A stretch of DNA of 64,000 nucleotides from the IMG/VR virus record IMGVR_UViG_3300031963_000013; one strand, written 5' to 3'. The position numbers were made by a program, and so were the translations under genes. The notes under the pieces are model-generated. The model was not told the DNA's origin. It did no database searches and saw nothing but the letters and a program-made list of their open reading frames with translations. Source of the DNA: a virus. This document shows positions 1-8,728 of this stretch, piece after piece. The first letter of the stretch is position 1, and every line of letters begins with the position of its first letter.

Positions 1-1
1 A

Positions 2-1429
2 GAAGAGGTGACATCAAACTACGATCCAAACACCACCGCTATAGTATTTATGGTCGGTAAAAAAGACATGGAAGAGGATCCGAGATTTAAAATAGGCCTA
101 AAGAAAGACGGCACTCCTGGGTACTTTAAGAGGTACGAGCCGGGGAAACAGATGGAACCCTTTACAAAGCACGGTTATTTAATAGTTGCTCCTCATGTAT
201 CGCTAAAGACTCCAGACGGACAAGAGATGAGCGGCACAAGCATACGTTCTGTATTATCAAACCCAAAATCAACAGCTGAAGACTTCAAACAGATCTTTGG
301 TTGGTACGATCCCAAGATAGAGCGCATGATCAAATCCAAATTCGAAAAAAAAGATAACGCACCTATGAAAGAAAGCTCAATATCGCTCTTAAACCTGTTA
401 ACCGAAGGAGGCACCGGTGGACATATGGCTCACCCATTCGATCTACCAAGCGTAAACACAGGAAACGACTTAATAAAAACTTTTATATTAGCTGTAAAGT
501 CTTTACAAAAGAATCCTGGTTCGGTTAAAATAGACGGCGTTAACGCTTCTGTGAGACTTGTTGAACTTGACGGTAAGAAACAGTTCGTAATGGACCGTGG
601 ATCTAACAAACCGCTAGATGTAAAAGGCATAACTAAGGCGGATCTAGAAGATAGGTTCGCTCCCGGTCACGGAATGGTTAAGATAGGAGGAGAGGTGTTA
701 GACATATTCAACGAATCTTTACCAAGCATACAGCCGGAACTAGCCAAACTCGGACTCCTGGACAACCCAAACATACTACTAAACATAGAATACGTATCAG
801 GCAAGACAAACGTTCAAGATTACGGTAAAAATTTTTTGGCCATACACGGTCTTCTGAAGATACAGCAAGTGACCGAAAAGAGAAGAGCCGCAAAAGAGAT
901 ACCTTACGACAAAAAAGCGCTACAATCGATGATAAACAAAATGGCACCGATTGCAAAAGAGTACGATTTTGAAATATACGGATCAATACCAGCAAAGGTA
1001 GGAAAAGAACCAAACTTCTCTAGCGAACTGTCAAAATCTTACACTGTAAATTACTCAAAAGGCAAAAAAGAGACAAAGAGTCTAAAAGATTGGTTAAAAA
1101 CTACAAAGATACCGAAAGGCGTGAAGGTCACTCTAGCAGACGGTAAAAAAATAGACGCGTTAAGTAAGCAAGTGTTTGTAGGAATAAAAAACGGAACACC
1201 GCTTGACAAACTTTTAGCTAACGAAGAAGACTACAAAGCGGCCATCGACGGATTCGTAACGTATTTGGCAACCATGCAGCTTGGAGACGCTGTTTTAAAA
1301 TCTATGGATAGTCCTTTAGGCGCAGTAGAAGATCAAGAGGGAGTTGTAATACGTGACAAGAGCATATACGATAAGCCTTTTAAACTAACAGGATCTTTCA
1401 TACTCAGGGGTTTAGCAACATCATTCTAA
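2..1429 (+). CDS. 5'-truncated two-domain protein: C-terminal part of a cytidylyltransferase-like (HIGH superfamily) domain plus a ligase-like covalent nucleotidyltransferase domain (DUF6267-like)
   Basis: Frame is open from the window edge. VFMVGKKD...RF and MSGTSIR fit a CTase-like C-terminus. After LLTE: GHMAHPFD, SVKIDG (KxDG), EGVVIRD and FKLTGSF resemble ligase-superfamily motifs I, IV and V. Confidence 0.6.
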   Translation, partial: EEVTSNYDPNTTAIVFMVGKKDMEEDPRFKIGLKKDGTPGYFKRYEPGKQMEPFTKHGYLIVAPHVSLKTPDGQEMSGTSIRSVLSNPKSTAEDFKQIFGWYDPKIERMIKSKFEKKDNAPMKESSISLLNLLTEGGTGGHMAHPFDLPSVNTGNDLIKTFILAVKSLQKNPGSVKIDGVNASVRLVELDGKKQFVMDRGSNKPLDVKGITKADLEDRFAPGHGMVKIGGEVLDIFNESLPSIQPELAKLGLLDNPNILLNIEYVSGKTNVQDYGKNFLAIHGLLKIQQVTEKRRAAKEIPYDKKALQSMINKMAPIAKEYDFEIYGSIPAKVGKEPNFSSELSKSYTVNYSKGKKETKSLKDWLKTTKIPKGVKVTLADGKKIDALSKQVFVGIKNGTPLDKLLANEEDYKAAIDGFVTYLATMQLGDAVLKSMDSPLGAVEDQEGVVIRDKSIYDKPFKLTGSFILRGLATSF

Positions 1430-1433
1430 ATAA

Positions 1434-2330
1434 ATGGAAGAACAACAAAGAATATCTATATACAAGGACTTTCTCAAGTTCTGTTACGGAGAGTTGAACA
1501 TAAAACACGCTCCCCGTATCAAGATAACTAGGGACAAGAACTTTGTAAAAATAAATTACAGTTTCGGAGGCTACTATCCGCAAGAGAAAGCAATAGTAGT
1601 GTACGACAACAACAGAAACTTAGCGGATTGTCTAAGAACGCTTGCTCACGAACTCGTGCACCACAGCCAAAACGAAAAAGGATCGCTAAAACCAGAATCA
1701 GGAAAAGACGGTAGCGAACACGAGAACGAAGCAAACTCAAAAGCTGGTATCATACTCAGATCTTACGGTAGACAGCACCCGATCATATACGAAAACAAAA
1801 GTTTGGGAATGCTTATGGAAGATCTTAAGAAGTACCAACTTTATTGCGATATGGACGGTGTCCTCTGCGATTTTGATGCGCAGTTCGATAAGTACTTTGG
1901 AATGGGACCCAAAGAGTACATAAAAGAAAGGGGTTTACCGTCTTTCGAATCAGCGATCGAAGACGCAGGCGTAGAGTTTTGGTCGACAATGTCATGGTTT
2001 CCCGGAAGTCAAGAGATTTGGAAAAAAATAGGAAAGCACGGTACGATAATACTTTCCAGCCCAAGTAACTTTACAGACGCTAAAGAAGGCAAAAGACTGT
2101 GGATAGAAAAGAACTTGAATCCAAAACCAAAGGCGATAATATTCAAACAAACAGGGGACAAACACTCGATATTGGCTAACAAAAGCGAAGAAGAGATAAA
2201 GACTTCTGTACTTATAGACGATTACGATGTAAACCTAAAACCGTGGAAAGCAGCTGGCGGTGTGGGAATAAAGCACGAAAATCAAACAGACACATCTCAC
2301 GCATTACAAACGCTAGACAAAAAGAAATAA
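1434..2330 (+). CDS. Fusion of an HExxH metallopeptidase-like domain and a HAD 5'(3')-deoxyribonucleotidase-like domain
   Basis: LRTLAHELVHHSQ...ENEAN in the N-terminal part; LYCDMDGVLCDF, ILSSP, K and LIDD (HAD motifs I-IV) in the C-terminal part. Confidence 0.75.
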   Translation: MEEQQRISIYKDFLKFCYGELNIKHAPRIKITRDKNFVKINYSFGGYYPQEKAIVVYDNNRNLADCLRTLAHELVHHSQNEKGSLKPESGKDGSEHENEANSKAGIILRSYGRQHPIIYENKSLGMLMEDLKKYQLYCDMDGVLCDFDAQFDKYFGMGPKEYIKERGLPSFESAIEDAGVEFWSTMSWFPGSQEIWKKIGKHGTIILSSPSNFTDAKEGKRLWIEKNLNPKPKAIIFKQTGDKHSILANKSEEEIKTSVLIDDYDVNLKPWKAAGGVGIKHENQTDTSHALQTLDKKK

Positions 2331-2331
2331 A

Positions 2332-2442
2332 ATGGCAAGAGCAAAAGAAAGATTGAAACCCAAAAGGAGCAAAAAGTCTAGACTAAAAAATGCTGCAAGA
2401 ATAAAAGCGAATAACGAAATATTAAAAAAATACGCATCATGA
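2332..2442 (+). CDS. Small basic protein (36 aa), not in the ORF track
   Basis: MARAKERLKPKRSKKSRLKNAARIKANNEILKKYAS*; fills the gap exactly and overlaps the next gene by ATGA. Confidence 0.6.
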   Translation: MARAKERLKPKRSKKSRLKNAARIKANNEILKKYAS

Positions 2443-2759
2443 TAAAAATAGAAAGTCTTTTGTTTGAGAATGCTTTCAAATTGATTTCCACAAAACCGCC
2501 GCAGGTTTTTGGCATGAGAAAAGCTGTGTATAAAAGCAAAGACGGTACCACAGTAAGCGTAGTGCATAGCGACTATTCTAGAAGCATGAGAACCGGTTCA
2601 GCACTAAACGGGTATTCTTCAGTGTGGGAAGGAAACAATTTTATAGACGACGTAGAATTCAAAGGAGAAAATCACGTTGAAAAGGCTACTAAATACCTTT
2701 TAAAAAAATACGGTATAACCCACGATGTTTCTAAACTAAAAAAATATCAAAGTAAATGA
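2439..2759 (+). CDS. Hypothetical protein with N-terminal LLFE leader
   Basis: ATGA overlaps at both ends; begins MIKIESLLFE. Confidence 0.7.
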   Translation: MIKIESLLFENAFKLISTKPPQVFGMRKAVYKSKDGTTVSVVHSDYSRSMRTGSALNGYSSVWEGNNFIDDVEFKGENHVEKATKYLLKKYGITHDVSKLKKYQSK

Positions 2760-2995
2760 TTAAATTATTACCAATATTAAAAGAGCACGGAGACCAACCG
2801 CCTTACATGTATTCTAAGTACGGGTTTGGCTGCCACGTGTGTTCTTACTACGAGCTAAAAGAAGGCAAACACTATTGCAACAGTACAGATTACAAGGAAC
2901 ACATGGGAACAGACGAGCTAATTAATCCAGAAACGGGAGAACAGATAGAAGATCCAACTAAGTGGTGTAGCAATTGGTTCGAACCACTAAAATAA
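2756..2995 (+). CDS. Small Cys-rich hypothetical protein with MIKLLPILKE leader
   Basis: CxxC...C...C after the leader; coupled to the upstream gene. Confidence 0.7.
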   Translation: MIKLLPILKEHGDQPPYMYSKYGFGCHVCSYYELKEGKHYCNSTDYKEHMGTDELINPETGEQIEDPTKWCSNWFEPLK

Positions 2996-3014
2996 TAAAA
3001 AATAAAATAATGTT

Positions 3015-3584
3015 ATGAGCGAAAACAACCTAAAGAAAGAGTTCTCAAAAAGAGAAGTGCAACGCATGCGCAACTTAATCACAGGTAAAACAGGTGATAG
3101 AACGCAAGTACAAGCTGGTTACGAAAAGAACAAGTACGATCACAAAGAGGGAGACGTTTGGGAAGAGAGCGGTAAACAATGGACAATAAAGAACGGCATA
3201 AAACAAACCATGACCAAATTGGATACGTTTAAAAAGCTGGTTGTACTACCTATATGTTGTCCAGAGTGCAACAAACACATGAAGTCTAACGATCTTAACA
3301 AAAAAATGTACTCAATTCATGGTAAGTGTTTAGATTGCGTTATAGATATGGAAAGCAAATTAAAGTTGGAGAACAGGTACGATGACTACGCTAAATCTAT
3401 ACTCAACAACAATCACAACACGTATTTGGAAGACGTAGAATCCGCTTTAGAAGCTTGGTACAACGAGAACGAGTCGTACGTTACCGAAGCTGGAGAGATC
3501 GAAGCTTGGAAGGGTGGGAACAAAAAAGATATATACGATCAAGTAAAACGTCAATTAGACAAGATAAAGAGCGAGCAACGCTGA
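3015..3584 (+). CDS. Hypothetical protein with a zinc-ribbon-like CxxC...CxxC motif
   Basis: CPEC and CLDC; A-rich leader. Confidence 0.75.
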   Translation: MSENNLKKEFSKREVQRMRNLITGKTGDRTQVQAGYEKNKYDHKEGDVWEESGKQWTIKNGIKQTMTKLDTFKKLVVLPICCPECNKHMKSNDLNKKMYSIHGKCLDCVIDMESKLKLENRYDDYAKSILNNNHNTYLEDVESALEAWYNENESYVTEAGEIEAWKGGNKKDIYDQVKRQLDKIKSEQR

Positions 3585-3592
3585 TATTTATA
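3585..3592 (+). promoter_or_regulatory. Putative late promoter TATTTATA
   Basis: Recurrent intergenic motif, 20 nt before ATG 3613. Confidence 0.6.
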
Positions 3593-3612
3593 GATAAGCA
3601 AATAAAAAACAC

Positions 3613-4431
3613 ATGCCAGCAGCATCACAACAACAACAAAAGCTTATGGGAATAGTACGCGGTATCCAAAAGGGTACAGTAGATCCCAAAGACGTATCAG
3701 CAAAAGCCGGAGAAATGGCAAAATCCATGAAACCGGGAGAGGTTAAAAAATTCGCGTCCACAAAACACAAAGGACTGCCAAAGAAAGTAAAGAAAGAAGC
3801 GTTAGAGGGCACCATAAGTGAACTTTACGTTGTAACGTCGCCTTATCCTGGATGCACACCAGACTCACTGGTTAAGCCCATCGACCCGCTTAGTGGAATA
3901 TCAGGAACCGAAATAAATCCTGACCAAGTGCAAGGGGTTTATCCCAATGCTGATCAAGCGATGGTGATAGCAGAAAGAATGTGCGCTGAGTACGAAGAGG
4001 GGCAAAGAATGCTCGAAGAGAAGAAGGGAACGACTACAGAGAAGTTAAAGAAAGCGATAGACAAGCTTGAAAAGAAGCGTAAGGAACACATGGATGCAAT
4101 GAAGGAAGATCCAAAGAAGGCAAGCGACCACAAAGAAGCAGTTGCGAACATAGCAAGCAAGATAGACGACTATCTGACAAAGCTTGAAAAAATCGAGAAG
4201 AGCAAAAAGGCTGATGAAAAAGAAAAGATTAACGAAGCGCCAAGAGTCACTGTACAGCAACTTTTTACATCGTTGGATAGCAAAAATCTAAGCAACGACA
4301 AATTAGAGGATTTAGAATACGTAAAAAAATTGATAGATACAATACTAGATAAAGAGTACGATACTGTAGCCGACAACCCAGAAGAGCTAGCTAAAGATTA
4401 CATCTCTAAACGTAAAAAAGATAAAAAATAA
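3613..4431 (+). CDS. Multidomain protein with a DUF3008-like N-terminus and a coiled coil
   Basis: MPAxSxxQQKLMG...AKSM...VKKFASTKHKGLP is the DUF3008-like signature; Lys/Glu coiled coil follows. Confidence 0.7.
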   Translation: MPAASQQQQKLMGIVRGIQKGTVDPKDVSAKAGEMAKSMKPGEVKKFASTKHKGLPKKVKKEALEGTISELYVVTSPYPGCTPDSLVKPIDPLSGISGTEINPDQVQGVYPNADQAMVIAERMCAEYEEGQRMLEEKKGTTTEKLKKAIDKLEKKRKEHMDAMKEDPKKASDHKEAVANIASKIDDYLTKLEKIEKSKKADEKEKINEAPRVTVQQLFTSLDSKNLSNDKLEDLEYVKKLIDTILDKEYDTVADNPEELAKDYISKRKKDKK

Positions 4432-4436
4432 TTACA

Positions 4437-4808
4437 ATGGAAGCAGTAGGACTTTTCTTGGGTACATTGATGCAGAGCAGAAACCAAGCCCACGTGTATC
4501 ACCTTCAAGTTACAGGACCCGGATCTCACGCAGCGCATCTAGCGTTACAAGCGTACTACGAAGGCATCGTTCCTTTGATAGACGCTTTAGCTGAAGGCAT
4601 ACAGGGACGCTACGGCATAATCAAAGGGTACCAAATGGCAGGAGCGATAAAGGAAGACAACAACTTCGTTTCTTACTTCGAAACTCTTTGTAAATTCGTT
4701 GAAGCGACAAGGAGACAGATACCCCAGGATTCTTACGTTCAGAACCAAGTTGATACAATAGTAGACCTTATAGAAAGCACAAAGTACAAACTAAGAAACC
4801 TTCAGTAA
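4437..4808 (+). CDS. Ferritin/Dps-like protein (DUF5856-like)
   Basis: QAHVYHLQVTG..SHAAHLALQAYYE...DALAE matches the Dps ferroxidase-centre pattern; C-terminal YKL. Confidence 0.7.
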   Translation: MEAVGLFLGTLMQSRNQAHVYHLQVTGPGSHAAHLALQAYYEGIVPLIDALAEGIQGRYGIIKGYQMAGAIKEDNNFVSYFETLCKFVEATRRQIPQDSYVQNQVDTIVDLIESTKYKLRNLQ

Positions 4809-5398
4809 TGTGCAATTGCAATAGAATATCGTTACACGAATCTGTGAATAGGCTTCTGGTGTCAGAGGGCTTGAACTACCACCTTCAAAACAACGTTCCC
4901 ATCAACGAGAACATATACAGACCTCAGTCTACATCGTTTATGGATCTCATAGTCGAAGTAAGAGGTCTTTACGATAGCGGTAAAATAAACTTATCTGAAG
5001 AAGATAGAGACTACTTCGAAGGCACAGACATAGGCAAATTTGGACTTTACGAAGGGATAAAAGTACCGTTAGACTTTCCAATGACGCTAGAGTTTTTGAC
5101 GGAAGTAAAAAAGAAGTCAAAGAAAAAACAGCCCGAACTAAACAAACCAAAGCGTGGAGGACCCAAAAAGTTCTACGTTTACGTTAGGAAACCGGGTGGA
5201 GGAATAAAAAAGGTTACGTTCGGAGACACAACAGGTCTCAGCGCAAAGATCAACAACCCCGAAGCGAGGAAGTCCTTTGCAGCAAGACACAAATGCTCTC
5301 AGGCAAAAGATAAAACGACACCAAAGTATTGGAGCTGTAGACTACCGAGGTACGCAAGCCTATTGGGTCTAAAAAGCAACTTCACAGGATTCTGGTAG
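4808..5398 (+). CDS. Conserved phage protein with a basic C-terminal domain (DUF6321-like)
   Basis: KKFYVYV...VTFGD...ARKSFAARHKC...YWSC. Confidence 0.65.
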   Translation: MCNCNRISLHESVNRLLVSEGLNYHLQNNVPINENIYRPQSTSFMDLIVEVRGLYDSGKINLSEEDRDYFEGTDIGKFGLYEGIKVPLDFPMTLEFLTEVKKKSKKKQPELNKPKRGGPKKFYVYVRKPGGGIKKVTFGDTTGLSAKINNPEARKSFAARHKCSQAKDKTTPKYWSCRLPRYASLLGLKSNFTGFW

Positions 5399-5453
5399 TC
5401 GTTATTTTTAATTCAAATCGATAGTATGGACCCCGACGGGAAACAAACATTAC

Positions 5454-5666
5454 ATGACCTGGAGATCAAAATTCTTAAAAAACGTATCAACGACGTGTCT
5501 CATGCTGGCGATGTTTTTCAATCCGCTTGGCTTCGACGCACTATTCAAACTAGTGATGGATTGGACCGGTTCCTATTGGACTACGGATTTGATTTTCTAT
5601 GGCGTTGCGCTTTCTTTTCTTGGGTTATATTTCTTCTTCAAAAAGCGTTCTGAAAAACATGTCTAG
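5454..5666 (+). CDS. Small membrane protein (2 hydrophobic segments)
   Basis: CLMLAMFFNPLGFDALF and LIFYGVALSFLGLYFFF followed by a basic tail; preferred over the overlapping 5426 frame. Confidence 0.55.
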   Translation: MTWRSKFLKNVSTTCLMLAMFFNPLGFDALFKLVMDWTGSYWTTDLIFYGVALSFLGLYFFFKKRSEKHV

Positions 5667-5931
5667 GCCTTACATCGATAATCTAGTAGGCAATACAATA
5701 ACACGTACTTTCGATCAATCAATAGATCCAATAGAGCTGATGTGGCACAGGGACCTAAAAGATAGGACTGTAACAGCTACGCACAACACAGACTGGAAGG
5801 TACAATTGGACAACGAACTGCCTACTGTAATAAAAGACAGCATATTTATACCTAAACTGGCGTGGCACCGTGTCATAAAAGGCGCAGGAGCGCTGACAGT
5901 CAAAATAACCGAGCATGAAACAGCAAATTAA
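5659..5931 (+). CDS. Small cupin-like protein
   Basis: ELMWHRD...WKVQLDNELP...FIPKLAWHRVIKG is a two-His cupin-like pattern; ATG 5659 chosen over 5599. Confidence 0.6.
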   Translation: MSRPYIDNLVGNTITRTFDQSIDPIELMWHRDLKDRTVTATHNTDWKVQLDNELPTVIKDSIFIPKLAWHRVIKGAGALTVKITEHETAN

Positions 5932-6199
5932 CGAAGTAAAAAGAATGCAAAAATTAGCTGGTATACTTAAAGAAAACAGCTACGCAGTCTATCAAGAATT
6001 GATTGATGATATAGTAGCCTTAGCGAGTAATAGCCCTTACAGTGAATACGAAGCAACGATAGATTTATTGAAACAAGAAAAAATAGGAAGCGATGAATTT
6101 ATAGAGGACCTAATGAAATATGCAAGAGGTGCTAACTATCATGATATAGCAGACGCATGTGAAGATTTGTTAAGAGGTATACATGCAGAACAAAGCTAA
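5915..6199 (+). CDS. Hypothetical protein with a scaffold-like N-terminal RMQKLAGI peptide
   Basis: MKQQINEVKRMQKLAGILKE, compared with the scaffold C-terminus RWQKIAGIK. Confidence 0.7.
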   Translation: MKQQINEVKRMQKLAGILKENSYAVYQELIDDIVALASNSPYSEYEATIDLLKQEKIGSDEFIEDLMKYARGANYHDIADACEDLLRGIHAEQS

Positions 6200-6212
6200 A
6201 AATTAAACGAAC

Positions 6213-6377
6213 ATGATTAGCTTACTCAGCATACTAAAAATGATAACTGAAGAAAAACCTGGACTTTGGGCAAACATACGAGCAAAAAGAGCTCGCGGTG
6301 AGAAGCCTGCTAAGAAAGGGTCAAAAGCGTACAAATCTGCTGTTAAAGCGGCTAAAGAGATAAACAAAAAGAACTAA
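6213..6377 (+). CDS. Small basic protein (54 aa), not in the ORF track
   Basis: MISLLSILKMITEEKPGLWANIRAKRARGEKPAKKGSKAYKSAVKAAKEINKKN*; TAATG overlap with the next gene. Confidence 0.7.
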   Translation: MISLLSILKMITEEKPGLWANIRAKRARGEKPAKKGSKAYKSAVKAAKEINKKN

Positions 6378-6721
6378 TGAAAAACATATCCCTACAAGCG
6401 TTGGTAAGATCTTTAAGAGAAGAAGTAGATCTTCCAGGTGACCAAGAAAAGATAGACGTAGCAGAACCTAAAGGCAAGATAACTGCGGCTGACTTCAAGA
6501 AGCTTAGATCAATGAAGAAAAAGCATTCTGTAAAAGAAGGTGGAGACCACGAAGTAGCGATGGCTATGAGCAGCTTAAAAGAGATAGTAAGCAACGCAAC
6601 ACAACTCATGCAAAAGTTAGGCGGAGTAGAAAGAAACATTCCAGGTTGGATTCAAGATCACATAACAAATTCGGAGAATTTTATCGAACAAGCAAATCAG
6701 GGTTTTCACGAAATTGAATAA
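6377..6721 (+). CDS. Hypothetical protein, probable internal head protein
   Basis: SLREE leader; KIDV..GKITAADFKKLR; DHEVAMA...PGWIQDHIT. Confidence 0.7.
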   Translation: MKNISLQALVRSLREEVDLPGDQEKIDVAEPKGKITAADFKKLRSMKKKHSVKEGGDHEVAMAMSSLKEIVSNATQLMQKLGGVERNIPGWIQDHITNSENFIEQANQGFHEIE

Positions 6722-6725
6722 AACG

Positions 6726-6733
6726 TATTTATA
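6726..6733 (+). promoter_or_regulatory. Putative late promoter TATTTATA
   Basis: Only 4 nt before ATG 6738. Confidence 0.6.
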
Positions 6734-6737
6734 AGAT

Positions 6738-8678
6738 ATGAATTTGGAAGCTTTAATACTCAAACAAATGCTGTTAGAACAGGACGAAGAGACAGAAAAA
6801 AGGCCCGAAGAAAAAAAGGATTTAACACCTTTCGAAGAGGATCCCATGGGCTTTATACTCAAGAAGTATAGCACGCTCAACGAGTTGCTTACAGAGCTGA
6901 TGACAGGTTCTTTTAAAGAGTATTTAGATGCCATATTCATAGTTGCACCCAAACCAACCACCTTTAAAATACTATTACACAACGGTCAATACTTTTTTTT
7001 AACGTATTTGGGTAAAGCTTACGAAGCGACAATATCTGGTAAGAAGTACTATTTGATGACAACCGGAGAAAAACAGTTGTGCATGCAAGCAATAGCAAGA
7101 CTTCTTAGATTCGGTTCTCCGCTAAAAACAAAAGGACCCGAAGGCGCTGAAAAGGGTACAGAAGGAGTAGAAGACACAAGCGTAGAAGAACCAGAAACCG
7201 AAACACCTCCGGCAGAAGGAGGCGAGGAATTAAAAGAGAACAACATAGCCAAAAGAATAATAGAGAGCTACATACTGAAAGAAGAAAAAGCAGAAGAGGA
7301 TATATTAGCGGCTTTGAAAAAGAACAAAAACGTAGCTTTAATGCAACCAGTAGCTGCAAAGCACCAGGGAGGTTCAAAATATAAAGTGTATTTAAAAGGA
7401 ATAAACCCCACAGACAGAAAAGCAAGAGTTGATCTACTAGCTCAATTAACAGGACTTAGCAACGTAAAAGTTATAAAAAAAGGAGCTAAACTATCTCATG
7501 ATGATTACGCAGAAGTAAGAGTACCATCTGGAACTTTTAAAGTTTATTTTAAGGGGTCCTCAGAGACAGCTACTTCTACAAACGTAAAAGAAGGTCTTGT
7601 GATGTCTTTTTATTACAGTAGCATAGAAGAACCTATAACATTAGAAAACTTTGACTCGTCTGTAAAAGCAGCTATATCAGCCACAAATAGAAATAAAGAT
7701 ATAGACGCTAATCTTAAAGAAGAACTTACAACCTATTTAAGAGGCATACAAAAAAATAAAGACAACGTTAAAACGCTTAATCAACCACTATCTCAAGCGC
7801 TAACGATAAAATCAGCTTATCCTGATGCAAGATTGGTAAGATCTGGCATATTTAACGCGTACAGATCAGAAGCGCAACAACAATTAAAAATGCCTGCAGA
7901 TAAGTGGTGTCCTGGAGATGTGTATGTGTTATTAAATTCCGCAGAAGCAGAAACGATATTAGCATTAGCAAAGGAACAAGACAATCCAGCTTCATTCATA
8001 GAGATACTCAACGATGCATTTAACGAAAACTGGGGATCTAAAGAAGCACCTATGACAGCTGTTTCTCTAAAGTTCGAAAAAGCTCAAGGAGGTAAAGCAA
8101 AAGCTTACTTCGAAAAATTTAGAGCAATAAAAGACGACTATAACCTAACAAAGGACGAGATAAACTACAAAGAAAAGAATTACATAGACGGTATACAGAG
8201 GCTAAGAAAAGTGATTCAAAGCAAAGTAAGAGGTGTAAAAGACATAAAATATATTCTACCCGCTGGAGATAAACTTGAAAAAAACATAGATAAACTTAGA
8301 GGTAAATACGCCGCATTAAAAGCGCTTAATTTCTTCTTTGATCAACTTGATAAGTCAGAATACGACGATGGCCTTGTGGCTCTAGTAGCTTTTGCAATGT
8401 CGCTTTCCGACACTTCTCCTGCGTTTTTCAAAGTAGTTGCAAGTTCATCCGGTCAACCAACAAAACCAGAAACATACCCTCGCGGTGGATCTTTAGCGCT
8501 GTTCATGGAAAACAACAAGATCATGCCTATAGAGATAGTAGACGAACCAAGTTTCGGTGGCCTTAAGATAGACATGACAGTTAGTAAAGGCGGAGATCCC
8601 TACAGAATAAACCTTGTAGCAAGAAACAACGGTGGCGTACAAGGAACAATAGAAATAGCGAGTGTAAAACCACAATAA
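6738..8678 (+). CDS. Multidomain protein with a probable C-terminal PD-(D/E)xK-like nuclease domain
   Basis: N-terminal domain, acidic linker and ILKEE; then NVKEGLV...DKWCPGDVYV...AVSLK, a restriction-endonuclease-like core with SLK in place of ExK. Confidence 0.55.
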   Translation: MNLEALILKQMLLEQDEETEKRPEEKKDLTPFEEDPMGFILKKYSTLNELLTELMTGSFKEYLDAIFIVAPKPTTFKILLHNGQYFFLTYLGKAYEATISGKKYYLMTTGEKQLCMQAIARLLRFGSPLKTKGPEGAEKGTEGVEDTSVEEPETETPPAEGGEELKENNIAKRIIESYILKEEKAEEDILAALKKNKNVALMQPVAAKHQGGSKYKVYLKGINPTDRKARVDLLAQLTGLSNVKVIKKGAKLSHDDYAEVRVPSGTFKVYFKGSSETATSTNVKEGLVMSFYYSSIEEPITLENFDSSVKAAISATNRNKDIDANLKEELTTYLRGIQKNKDNVKTLNQPLSQALTIKSAYPDARLVRSGIFNAYRSEAQQQLKMPADKWCPGDVYVLLNSAEAETILALAKEQDNPASFIEILNDAFNENWGSKEAPMTAVSLKFEKAQGGKAKAYFEKFRAIKDDYNLTKDEINYKEKNYIDGIQRLRKVIQSKVRGVKDIKYILPAGDKLEKNIDKLRGKYAALKALNFFFDQLDKSEYDDGLVALVAFAMSLSDTSPAFFKVVASSSGQPTKPETYPRGGSLALFMENNKIMPIEIVDEPSFGGLKIDMTVSKGGDPYRINLVARNNGGVQGTIEIASVKPQ

Positions 8679-8700
8679 AAATAAATGTATTAAAATTAAA

Positions 8701-8720
8701 AAATAATTGTTACATTTATA
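8701..8720 (+). promoter_or_regulatory. Putative second-class (early/middle) promoter AAATAATTGTTACATTTATA
   Basis: 18/20 identical to 28789-28808; both precede non-structural enzyme genes. Confidence 0.5.
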
Positions 8721-8728
8721 AAAAAGTT

